A stretch of 33,755 nucleotides of DNA from NCBI GenBank assembly GCA_018985235.1, contig JADGIG010000042.1, positions 1-33,755 of the forward strand, given 5' to 3'. The DNA is from Sanchytrium tribonematis (lineage: Eukaryota). This document shows positions 1 through 9,204 of the stretch, piece after piece (position 1 is the first letter of the stretch; every line of letters starts with the position of its first letter). Under the pieces are notes generated by a model. The model had not been told where the DNA came from, did no database searches, and worked only from the letters and a program-made list of their open reading frames with translations. A program made the position numbers and the translations under genes.

Positions 1-110
1 TATAGTAATAGAGATATGATTCTTGACTACGATTTCTAAAGATAGTTGACAGAGCTCATTATCTTTTTGAACTTTTAGATTGAAAAACATTTAAGGAGAT
101 TGATTGTTTT

Positions 111-479
111 ATGGTAAATCTGTTTTCTTTAATGGAAGTCGCTCCAAATTGTACCGATGAAGAATTATATGAACAATATAAAAAATTGGCTTTACAAAAA
201 CACCCAGATAAACATGGAGGTTCTCATCAGGATTTTTGCGATTTGCTTGATGTGTACAATTTTTTAAAAACAAAGAGAAAAATTTATTCTGACATGGTTT
301 ATGGTAATGCAGTCATATATGAGGAGATCAATCTAAAAGATATGGAATTTGATGGTAAAAATTACGAGTATGACTGTCGATGTGGAGGGAATTATACACT
401 GGAGCCAATTGATTTGAAAGTTAAGTTCAACAAGATAATCTGTTCAAATTGTTCACTTTGTGTCGAAATATTTTACTAA
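111..479 (+). CDS. DPH4: Diphthamide biosynthesis protein 4 (J-domain + CSL zinc finger; Dph4/Jjj3/DNAJC24)
   Basis: J-domain with HPD motif (LQKHPDK) followed by a CSL zinc finger (YDCRCGG...ICSNCSL). Confidence 0.9.
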   Translation: MVNLFSLMEVAPNCTDEELYEQYKKLALQKHPDKHGGSHQDFCDLLDVYNFLKTKRKIYSDMVYGNAVIYEEINLKDMEFDGKNYEYDCRCGGNYTLEPIDLKVKFNKIICSNCSLCVEIFY

Positions 480-486
480 ATGACTA

Positions 487-2674
487 CTAGATGCTCGCTA
501 ATACTTCACTGGCTTGTTTATACTTCGCAAGTATTTCCTTGACTTTCAACCTTTCTTTCGCAATCATTTCATCTTCCATGAAGAGTTCTTGAAGGTTATC
601 GGGCTTGTAGAGATTCTCAACTAAATTAGGATGTAAATCAGTAGTCACTGCATTTACGAGATTATGCATGATGGCTTTTGGGACCATGTCCAAGAGCGAC
701 GAGCGAACAATTTCAAAATAAGATATCATTAGTTTTCTGATCAATTGAACTTCAAATTGTTCCTTTTCACTTAATTCAACTTCTTGTGTAAAGGGTGTCA
801 CAATTCCAGGAACAGGCGATGGCAGATTCGAAAGTGAAAATCCATCATTTGGATTTGACAGTATTGGGGACTTTCTTAAAGTATTAGTGCCAGAGGTCGG
901 ACTAGTATTGGTAGGTTTTTGGTCTCGTTTCTTAAAAAAGTATTGCAATAAAGATTCTTTTTGTTCATCTTCGCCAGATATTGCAATTGCAGGCTCTTCA
1001 ACATTGGACTTTTCCGAAAAAGTATCAAAATTGCTGATATTTGGCCCACGAGGTTGAGGCGATCTTGATCTTTGGCGATATGTAGCTGATCGTTCAGTTC
1101 TTGCCTCTCGTTCGATGCCAGGACTTAAAGACCCAGGTGAAATTTTTGTATTTTTTACACTTGCTTCCATTGCAGCGCCAACTCCGATGAATTCCGGATG
1201 ATTTGTATTTATATATGCCATTTGGATTTTGACCAAACTGGCCACATATTGCCGGCAAGGTTCAAGCTTACCCCTAAGTAATTTGTCTACAATTTCTACA
1301 TTAAACATTGTTACCAGTCAGGCTACTCGCGAGTCTAGGATATCTTTGCAAATCTTTAGTGCAACATTCCAAAGATACTTTAACCAATTCGTCGTAAACC
1401 AAATCCACGCATTTCAAAGCAGGGATCTCTAATCTCTTAAGTTGTGGCTTAATTAAAAGCTCAAAAGCTCTCTCTGGAATAAATAGTGTCGTTCGAGGAC
1501 CCGTTGCATTTCTTATAGCTGTTTTAATGTCATGATCGCTTAACTGATCTAATGGGGAGACTTTTTGTAAATGGTCTGCGTATATTGTATGGTATAGATA
1601 ATATATTCTGGCACCTGCGCACAATTCAAGAGTGTCCGCTTGACCATCTATACTCTTTGAAAACTTTTCACTATAACTACTCAAAATTCTGAGCAATGAA
1701 GCCAGACTGACCTCGTGCAACGGACCAAATTGATCATATTCAACCTGATACTGCGAGGCCATCATAGAAATTTTGGATTTTAGTTCTGGCAATTGCTGTC
1801 TAATGTGAGCAGTGAGAATCTTGTTCAGTAGCTGTAACAAATAAGTGACACCACATTTGTGAGCAATAGAAGGGAAATGAGTGGTAAATAGTTCGTGCTC
1901 AAGCTCTCTAGATTCCACATGAGATTTTTGAAATTCTCCAGGCTTACCTGGTTGGTTAATAACGGCAGTAAATCCATAATAAAGTGGATACGTTTTGCCA
2001 ACAAGAATTTCGTGAAGTGAATGTAGACCCATTTTAGTTTTTTCTTCGTTTTCGTTTCTTAAACTATTGAACAACATGTCGCATTTTGTTAAAACTCCAA
2101 TGGTTCTTTTTCCATTCGGATCTACCATTCTGCAAAGTCTCAAAGCATCGCTAGTAGACAAATCATTCATACACGTTGAAATAGCCAAAAGAAGCGCATT
2201 TTCTTTCTTAGCATAGTGAGAAACTAATTGAAATATTTGATCGTCGAGATCATTTGGTTGGTGAATAGTAGGAATTTGAATTAGACCAGGTAAGTCTATC
2301 AAAGTTAAATTAACAACATGTTTCGAATACAATTTTAAGTAAATCGGTGTTGAGCTAATATGTTGAACACTCTTGGCTACACTAATAAGTTCATTTTGAA
2401 CATTTGCAATTGGGACACTATTTTTCAAATGCAAAAATTCTGCATAGTCTTCGTTTTCACTCGCATCTTCTAAATGCACTAATTGCAAAATTAAAGGCTG
2501 CTTAGTGACCATATCCATACCGATAGGTAATATTTCATATCCACATAGGTGATTTATGAGTGATGACTTTCCGCTACTTTGAGCGCCAATAACTACCAAC
2601 GAAGGTAGATCAACCGATAAATGTAAAGTTTGAAGTTGATTAATTAATTCTATGACATTAAGTGAGGCAGACAT
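487..2674 (-). CDS. DNM1: Dynamin-related GTPase, Dnm1/Drp1-like; two exons (2674-1315, 1295-487), 722 aa
   Basis: G1 GAQSSGKSS, DLPG and TKCD motifs; middle domain ELCAGARIYY and AYINTNHPEFIG; C-terminal GED (LMISYFEIVRSSLLDMVPKAIMHNLVN). The two ORFs join in frame (RYPRLASSLT-E-IVDKLL) after removing a 19-nt intron. Confidence 0.85.
1296..1314 (-). other. 19-nt spliceosomal intron (GTAACAATGTTTAATGTAG), phase 1
   Basis: GT..AG; removal fuses the two dynamin ORFs in frame; contains the in-frame TAA that ends the upstream ORF. Confidence 0.93.
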
Positions 2675-2922
2675 GGAAATGATTATGAAACTGGGATTTT
2701 CCAGCTGCTGTCCATAAATAGACCATTAAGAAATTAAACAAAATAACAGCTAATATTTATTTGTCATACATTTCATGAAAATCTATCATCCAGAATCGAG
2801 AATCGAATGCTATAAACACAAACTAGCACAAACAAAATAGTACAAAAATTGATTGGTGTGGAAGAGAGTCAGGTTTGTAGGACAATGTTATAGATTTTTC
2901 CCTCTAGGGGTATATCCAAACA

Positions 2923-3852
2923 ATGAATTTACGAATTCTCTCTGCAACAGCAAGCTTTCTTGGCGCATTGATTCTGTTATTTTATCTATTTTGTATAGTT
3001 GGTGGATATAATGCAGATGGTTTACGGGAATCTTATTTTATTCAAATACAACGGGATTTTAGTGCAATGATGAACCCTATGATGGGCGGAATGGGAGGAA
3101 TGGGAATGAATCCCATGATGGGCGGTATGGGTATGAGTCCTATGATGGGCGGAATGGGCGGAATGGGAATGAATCCTATGATGGGTGGAATGATGACGCC
3201 CTCGTACAAAATTACAATGGCTTTGAGAAACTGGTGCATTTATCAATACAAAATTGGCAACGGGATGCCAACACCCTTGTGGGGAGATTTTGGTTCGTTG
3301 CCTACTTATGAAATTAAAATTGAAGACGAGAGTGTGATCCAATGTGTTCATCCATCTGTGGCAATGAACGATGAACGGATATTGATTGCAATTACTAGCG
3401 TGATAGGATTGCAGTCTCCAATGATGTATGCAGGGTATGGATATGGCGATTCATTTTTTTTTGATCGAGCATCAACCTTGTATTATGGACTGGAAGCACT
3501 GTATTACATTCTCTTAACAATGGCTTTGATTTGTACAGTGTTGTCGGGATTGAGTATAGCTATGAAAAATGCAAAAATCCCAATGATTTCTGCAATATGC
3601 TCTTGTTGCTTACTCATACCAGGTATCATTGCTTTTTCTATTTGGACTTTTATTTTTGCAAGATTACAAGCATACGCTCAGTTTGGAAATATGTGGGAAA
3701 ATGACGTTTATGTACAAGTTGGTACATCGTATGTATTGACAATTTTAGCAGTCGTTTTTTCATTTATTCTAGTGAGTTTGTCGGGGCTCATTTTTGCAAG
3801 AGAACGAAAATCACACCAAATTGTAACGCAAAAAATTACGGTGACTGCATAA
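2923..3852 (+). CDS. Four-TM membrane protein, SUR7/PalI/Fig1 (claudin-like) topology, with a Met/Gly-rich repeat in the first loop
   Basis: N-terminal hydrophobic helix, long loop containing LRNWC and further Cys, then three C-terminal hydrophobic helices. Family assignment is by topology only. Confidence 0.55.
   Translation: MNLRILSATASFLGALILLFYLFCIVGGYNADGLRESYFIQIQRDFSAMMNPMMGGMGGMGMNPMMGGMGMSPMMGGMGGMGMNPMMGGMMTPSYKITMALRNWCIYQYKIGNGMPTPLWGDFGSLPTYEIKIEDESVIQCVHPSVAMNDERILIAITSVIGLQSPMMYAGYGYGDSFFFDRASTLYYGLEALYYILLTMALICTVLSGLSIAMKNAKIPMISAICSCCLLIPGIIAFSIWTFIFARLQAYAQFGNMWENDVYVQVGTSYVLTILAVVFSFILVSLSGLIFARERKSHQIVTQKITVTA
3067..3195 (+). repeat. Coding tandem repeat encoding (N/S)PMMGGMG(GMG)M, about 4 units
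   Basis: Repeated atgaatcctatgatgggcggaatggg-like units visible in DNA and protein. Confidence 0.9.
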
Positions 3853-3867
3853 TTTATATTAAATAGT

Positions 3868-4611
3868 TTATATGTTTTCCGCTTTTATTTTCTCGGTCCA
3901 ATTATCTATAATTATTTTGCATTTGTTTGGTATATCGATTTTGATCAACTGAGTTCCTAAAGTTGTTTTAGGCGGTTTACTCGCTATATATCCAAGTACA
4001 TGTCCAATTCTGGTATCCTCTATAAGTCTAAAGTTGATGTCTTGAATAGCACTTAACCAGCTGAGAGCTTTGTCTATTTTATCGACATTAAGTTTCAGGC
4101 TGTGCTTCCCGTATATTCTATGCGATAAGTATCGCTTCACTTTTACGATTTTTTCAAAATCCTTGTGATATACTTTTTTTCGCTTACTTTTTCTGGTCGA
4201 GCTTGATTTTCGGGGAGACTCTGATAGATGCTCACTTTTGATTGATTCAGCAAGTGTTTTAGGTGCTGGGAGGTCAATTTGCATCTCTGTTGCCATATTC
4301 TCCATTAGTTCTGCTGGGGTCACAGTTTGAGCATGAGTGATGGCTTTTATCAGATCCTTTCTTTTTGTAAGCATGGCTTCTACTAAATGATCGTCAAATT
4401 CTTTAAGCTGGTCAATCTTTACAAGAGCAAAATCCATACTTCCATAGAAGAGAATTCCAAGTTGTTTATCCGTAGCTGATTTAAACGAGTCAGGATATTT
4501 ATCAAGAGGAATGACTGCTCCAGGCCAATAAGGGTATCCAGGCACTTTTGCAAAAACTCGAGAATATGGCTTGAATCCGATGATTGGGCTCGTCTTTGCT
4601 CTTAGGTTCAT
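3868..4611 (-). CDS. PWWP-domain chromatin protein with a probable C-terminal TFIIS-N/IBD-like helical domain
   Basis: VFAKVPGYPYWPG...ILFYGSMDFALV is a PWWP signature; basic NLS-like stretch; C-terminal LIEDTRIGHVL...CKIIIDNW resembles TFIIS N-terminal domains. Confidence 0.75.
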   Translation of the reverse strand: MNLRAKTSPIIGFKPYSRVFAKVPGYPYWPGAVIPLDKYPDSFKSATDKQLGILFYGSMDFALVKIDQLKEFDDHLVEAMLTKRKDLIKAITHAQTVTPAELMENMATEMQIDLPAPKTLAESIKSEHLSESPRKSSSTRKSKRKKVYHKDFEKIVKVKRYLSHRIYGKHSLKLNVDKIDKALSWLSAIQDINFRLIEDTRIGHVLGYIASKPPKTTLGTQLIKIDIPNKCKIIIDNWTEKIKAENI

Positions 4612-4761
4612 TTTTCACGTTTCAAGGAATCAGCAATAAAATTTAGTTAATGATTTACAAGACTTTATTAATTTTGCACACTGGTGAGAAAGTGTTGAGA
4701 ATATGCTGAAATTTTAGAATTTTAAAGTTACAAGTCGAAGTTATGAAACCTCCTTATATCA

Positions 4762-5013
4762 ATGTCCAACAAATTTGTATTGTTTAGCTTGATAATTGAC
4801 TATCCATTGTCCATGCATAGGCACATCAATATGATACAACTAACTAAAAAGTTTAATGACCTCACACAAAATAATTACACAGTTAAGCAAATGTATGAGA
4901 TGTTGGAAGACTGCTATGATTATGACGCTTTTTCTTTTGGAGACCCGGATGAAAGACAAATACCATTTGAACTCAAATTACCTGATCAAGAAAGCATAGA
5001 AAATCCTCAATAA
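4762..5013 (+). CDS. Eaf7/MRGBP (CT20)-like NuA4 subunit, minimal
   Basis: LFSLIIDYPLSMHRHINMIQL...TVKQMYEMLEDCYDYDAF resembles the CT20 core (LF..h...P.G.++HF.M.....IW..L...YD). Recognised by eye. Confidence 0.55.
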   Translation: MSNKFVLFSLIIDYPLSMHRHINMIQLTKKFNDLTQNNYTVKQMYEMLEDCYDYDAFSFGDPDERQIPFELKLPDQESIENPQ

Positions 5014-5068
5014 AAATTAAAATGTAAATTATTGTGCAATCCCTGAAACTAAAATACTATATTAACTT

Positions 5069-6532
5069 ATGCTTCAATCTGAAAGCTCATCGGCCGACGA
5101 AAATCAATTTTTCGACGCAAAATTTAATTTCAAAGCTGGTGAAAAGCCCATCACTTCAATTTTGACTAACAAAAACTCTTCACAAATGATTGTAGGTTTT
5201 GGTCAGAATCTAAATTATTATGAGTTTCATGGAATGGACAGAGACTGTAGGCCCTTTATGTATACAGAGTGGAAAGATCAGATTATTAGCGATTTGTCTT
5301 TTGCCAAGACTTACAAGGAATTTATTGCAGTAAGCAATGCTCCTTTTGTAAGATTGTATGCTAGTAATGGAGATTTACTGGAAGAGTTTGTCCAAGGTGA
5401 TCCTTATTTAAGAGATTTAAAACAGACAAGAGGACATGTTAATGCAATAACAGGATGCCATTTTCACTCTAGGGAGCTAAAGAAATTTGTCACTAGCTCC
5501 ATCGATGGAACTATACGAATATGGAGCGTCGAACAGCAAAGAAAATCGCTTGAATGCATCAGGTTTAGTTCCGGAATGACTAGTAGTGCGCACGGTAGAA
5601 TGCCTGTCAGAAGTATGACTCTACTCGATAATTTTATTGTTGGCGCTGGAGAGAACTTTGTTAAATTTTGGGATTTTAATAACACGACGCTAGTAGCAAT
5701 GAATTTTTCTCACAATCATCAAATCAAGTATTTATGCCCGAATCCTGATGGATGCAATTTATTATTTCAAGATATTGAAAACAATGTGGTCATTTTAGAC
5801 AAAAGACAGCTTTCAGAATCTCTGAACATTTTTAAAGCAAGTTCTGCATGTAAAGCTGCATGGAGTCCCGATGGCCAAGAGATTGTAGCTCTTGATGAAA
5901 AGCTGCCGCAAGTGAATTTTTTTGATCTTTATAATTTTGATCGAACGAATACTTTTACTGTTTCTGAAAAGTCCTCATTAATTTACTGGGACAAGTCTTT
6001 AGACCAAATTATAATCGGAAAATATGATGGAGGCATTGAATTTCTATACAAAACCAGCGACAAGAACAAAGGGATCATGATTCCAGCCGCTGCTCCAGCC
6101 AAAGTGATATTAAAAGAAGATAGCAACATATCAGAAGCTCCAGGTGCTATATTTTTACCTAATGCCCTACCTGTTTATCAAATATCTCCGACAGAATTGT
6201 TGAGATCTCATCGAACTACCGCAAGAGAACTTGGTCGTTTGAGAAAGACAGATTTGACTCAGGCTATCGAAAAACCTGTTGATGGTGCTGGACAAAAAGG
6301 CAGAATAGGCACATCGAATCGCGAGGCTATAATGTCGAAAGTTTTGAAAGACATGCCACCATTAAAGCATTTCGATGATCCCAGAGATGCTATTATCAAG
6401 TATGATGGAGTGGAATCAATATATGTAGACCCTGCTTACAAGAAAACTCAGCCAAAGAAGAAATTTACAAATATGACTGCAGAGGAAGAATTTCAGGAGC
6501 CCAAGAAAAAAAAGAAAAAAGAAGATAAATGA
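5069..6532 (+). CDS. WDR70: WD40-repeat protein, WDR70/gad-1 family
   Basis: YEFHGMD, EFVQGDPYLRDLKQTRGHV, TSSIDGTIRIW; C-terminal PVDGAGQKGRIG, DDPRDAIIKY and AYKKTQPK are WDR70-type motifs. Confidence 0.85.
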   Translation: MLQSESSSADENQFFDAKFNFKAGEKPITSILTNKNSSQMIVGFGQNLNYYEFHGMDRDCRPFMYTEWKDQIISDLSFAKTYKEFIAVSNAPFVRLYASNGDLLEEFVQGDPYLRDLKQTRGHVNAITGCHFHSRELKKFVTSSIDGTIRIWSVEQQRKSLECIRFSSGMTSSAHGRMPVRSMTLLDNFIVGAGENFVKFWDFNNTTLVAMNFSHNHQIKYLCPNPDGCNLLFQDIENNVVILDKRQLSESLNIFKASSACKAAWSPDGQEIVALDEKLPQVNFFDLYNFDRTNTFTVSEKSSLIYWDKSLDQIIIGKYDGGIEFLYKTSDKNKGIMIPAAAPAKVILKEDSNISEAPGAIFLPNALPVYQISPTELLRSHRTTARELGRLRKTDLTQAIEKPVDGAGQKGRIGTSNREAIMSKVLKDMPPLKHFDDPRDAIIKYDGVESIYVDPAYKKTQPKKKFTNMTAEEEFQEPKKKKKKEDK

Positions 6533-6539
6533 AATGCTT

Positions 6540-7274
6540 TTAATAAAATGAAAAAGGGTGAGACTCTTCAAGAGTAGTTGATGGTGTATCGTAATAATCA
6601 ATATCTCTTTGAATTTCATCGGATATCGAAAGATCATAATGGACAGGCGACGGGTCAAATTGTCGCTGAATGGGTGATTTTTCGTAGGTTTGAATTGGAC
6701 GCGGCATGAGAAGCTGCATTGAATTTGATTCTGCACCACTAATGCCAGAGCCCAGCATGGAAGCGTAATCGCTCGTTTCATCTGCTTGTGAGTTGATCGA
6801 AGAGGTATCTGAGGGATGAGAGAAATTGGAAAACCCGAAACTGTCCATTTGATAATAAGACGATAAGGGTGATGCCATCAATGACATTGGACTGTACATG
6901 CTTATTTCAGAATTTGCTGGACTCATCGGAGATGGCACAATAGGTTTATAGCTCGTACTGGTAGGCACTTGAATACCTGGAACCAATTTAGTGCTGCGAT
7001 GCACTGCATTCGCGTGCTTGTTTCTGTCGTGCTTCCATTTGAAATTTTTCCCACAAACATTGCATTCATACTGCTTATACTGAATATGTCGAAACCCGTG
7101 CGACTTTAATTGATGATTTGTTTTCGCGGAATAATCGCAGCCTTCCCATTTGCAGGATTTTATTGGAGAATCGTATTGTACATTGACGTGTTTCGTCAAA
7201 TAATGGTTGTACAGCGATTTGACGGATTCGTGTTTCTCTAAACAATCAGTCCACTTGCATTTCCAATCTGACAT
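6540..7274 (-). CDS. C2H2 zinc-finger transcription factor (three fingers, PacC/Rim101/Gli-like tandem CW fingers)
   Basis: CKWTDC...HYLTKH, CKWEGC...HGFRH, YECNVCGKNFK...HANAVH, then an S/P-rich tail. Start placed at ATG 7274 (the ORF track uses a GTG start at 7373); uncertain. Confidence 0.8.
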   Translation of the reverse strand: MSDWKCKWTDCLEKHESVKSLYNHYLTKHVNVQYDSPIKSCKWEGCDYSAKTNHQLKSHGFRHIQYKQYECNVCGKNFKWKHDRNKHANAVHRSTKLVPGIQVPTSTSYKPIVPSPMSPANSEISMYSPMSLMASPLSSYYQMDSFGFSNFSHPSDTSSINSQADETSDYASMLGSGISGAESNSMQLLMPRPIQTYEKSPIQRQFDPSPVHYDLSISDEIQRDIDYYDTPSTTLEESHPFSFY

Positions 7275-7527
7275 TTGTGATTGACAGCCAATAGATAATA
7301 AATACAACATTAGCTGCGTATCATTCGTCCTCAGACCAAGTGGATGAAATATTGATTTATTTGCCCCAATCACATAAAATTTTCATAATTGCAAGTGCTT
7401 GCTCACAAAGTATGCAGGTAAACAGAATTCGAAAAATCAAAAGTCTTATGTCGATACGTGTTTACACAGGAATTGTACTGAACAGTAATTTACCAATAAG
7501 TATCCCAAGTTGACTTTGAATCAAAAC

Positions 7528-7791
7528 ATGGGAGAATTTGTAATTGATCCGGAAAATCGTTCTTTTGACAAAGTCGAGCCTATAAATGAGAAAGATGCTT
7601 ATGGCATGATGAAGATTAAGGAAGAACGCATTAGAGAGTCATGGATTAGAATAATGGAGAAAAAGATTCTCGAAGAAGAATTGTCCCTTTGTGTTTTTAG
7701 GGAACAAGTAAATGCACCGGTCAATTGTAGACCGCTTGCAATCGCTTTAGCAGAAAAAATGAAGGGTGCTTTTGTAACTAAGTCCCAATAA
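7528..7791 (+). CDS. NDUFB10: Complex I accessory subunit NDUFB10/PDSW (fungal 12 kDa type)
   Basis: EERIRESWIRIME...LSLCVFREQVNAPVNCRPL with paired Cys; first ATG at 7528. Confidence 0.75.
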   Translation: MGEFVIDPENRSFDKVEPINEKDAYGMMKIKEERIRESWIRIMEKKILEEELSLCVFREQVNAPVNCRPLAIALAEKMKGAFVTKSQ

Positions 7792-7793
7792 AT

Positions 7794-9201
7794 TTACTCA
7801 GTTGGCTCCTCTTCAGGCTGTGCTTCAGCAAGGGTCTTTTTCTCATCTTCAGGATTTGGATCCACCTCTTCGACCACATTGCTAGCATCTTCTTGGAATG
7901 GGATATGGATGGAAAGGTCAGGGGTGAAGTCTTTAATTCCGTTTCCTAAATATATATTAAAAAAGGTTCCTTGTTGAGATACGGTAAAAGCACCAGGCCA
8001 TCTGTGATTTTTAAGAACTACAGTTTTGGATTTTTCTTGTATTCCATGCATCCGAGTAGACCATGAAGGCAAATCAAAGTGGGCTAAATTAAAACTCGTT
8101 ACTTTCATCTTGGTCGATAGAACTCAACAAGCTAGGTCCAATTTCTGGCTTTTCTGCATCAGTATTTGACTCATCGGTTTCTTTCATTTCAGTTTCTTCC
8201 TCTTCTTCTAAATTGACAGATCTTTTCGAAGAAACCCAATTGCATCGGCCTTGAGGTAAAATGTAATTCACCGAATGAACCCAATTTTCTGCTTTAACCA
8301 TTTCTCCAGCGGGTTCAGGCTGAAATTCTGGATTCAGAATAATTTCAGGCTTTGCTTCTTCATCTTCCTTTTCGTCAAAAATAAAAAAATTAATAGGTGC
8401 AACTGATGTACTTGCGTTAATTCTGGCAATTAAAGCACGCAATAATTGTGACTCATTTCCAAAAAATGGCGGGTATCCACGAACGCCATTTTCCAAATAT
8501 CCCGTTAATTGAAATTTTTGGCTTCTAGATGCAACAATATGATGTGGAATGACATCGGGCAATGGCAGCCATTCATCGTAAAGTTTTTTGCAAACAAAAT
8601 AAACATATTTGTTAGGACCTTCATGTTCTTCCACAGGAACAGGTATAGAATGTTGTGCATTTTTAAACCCAACAACAGCACCATAATTTAATTTCTCATA
8701 AACAGACTTATCATAGCTATTCAGATTTTCAGTGAGTTCAGCTTCTACTACATGATAATGACAAGACTTGGCCTCAAATCTACCCCAATATCTACAAGAA
8801 GACAATTTTTTTTGTTCAGCTAATCTTTCAATAGAAATCGCAATTAAATCAAATTCGCTTTTGTCAATCTGTATGTTACCGCATTCCAATAAATATTTTA
8901 ATTTGCATATATCCTGCACAGCTCGTTCTTCTTTGGGTCTAAATTTCAGTAAGTCTTCTAGTTTTTCTTGCTCTGAAATAGTTAAATTTGAAGTTTTTGA
9001 GATTTGCGGTTTTTCCTTTGTCAGAATTCCAAATGCCTCTTTTGGGTTGGCAGGCCTCTCATGCAATATCTTTTTCATGGATTTCACTAAGTGAGCATAT
9101 AGAGATGGTTCAGAATCAAATTCCTGAGCTAAATATGCCTTTGCTTCGTCCAAATTAGAAACTGGCATACAACTCGTTTCAAAGATATTAGAAGCCGACA
9201 T
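7794..9201 (-). CDS. RSPH4: Flagellar radial spoke head protein RSP4/6 (RSPH4A/6A family); two exons (9201-8103, 8083-7794), 462 aa
   Basis: AKAYL...SLYAHL...ILHERP, RYWGRF, GPNKYVYFVC, LPDVIPHHIVASR, LRALIARINASTSVAP, NWVH...ILPQGRC, then after the intron WSTR...RWPGA...NIYLGNG. Confidence 0.9.
8084..8102 (-). other. 19-nt spliceosomal intron (GTAACGAGTTTTAATTTAG), phase 1
   Basis: Removal joins the two RSP4/6 ORFs in frame (IDQDE-T-HFDLPSWSTR); in-frame TAA inside. Confidence 0.92.
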
Positions 9202-9204
9202 TTA

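Noticed and set aside
1..90. Partial ORF at the window edge (minus strand from ATG at 90, MFFNLKVQ..., or plus-strand end ...DMILDYDF* at 39)
   Set aside because: Two mutually exclusive short readings with no recognisable motif; cannot be decided from this window.
3067..3195. Repeat considered as a CRISPR-like array
   Set aside because: No unique spacers; the units are codon-phased within a eukaryotic CDS.
3022..3351. His-rich and Ile/Pro-rich antisense ORFs (3022..3351, 3042..3239)
   Set aside because: Shadows of the Met/Gly repeat on the opposite strand.
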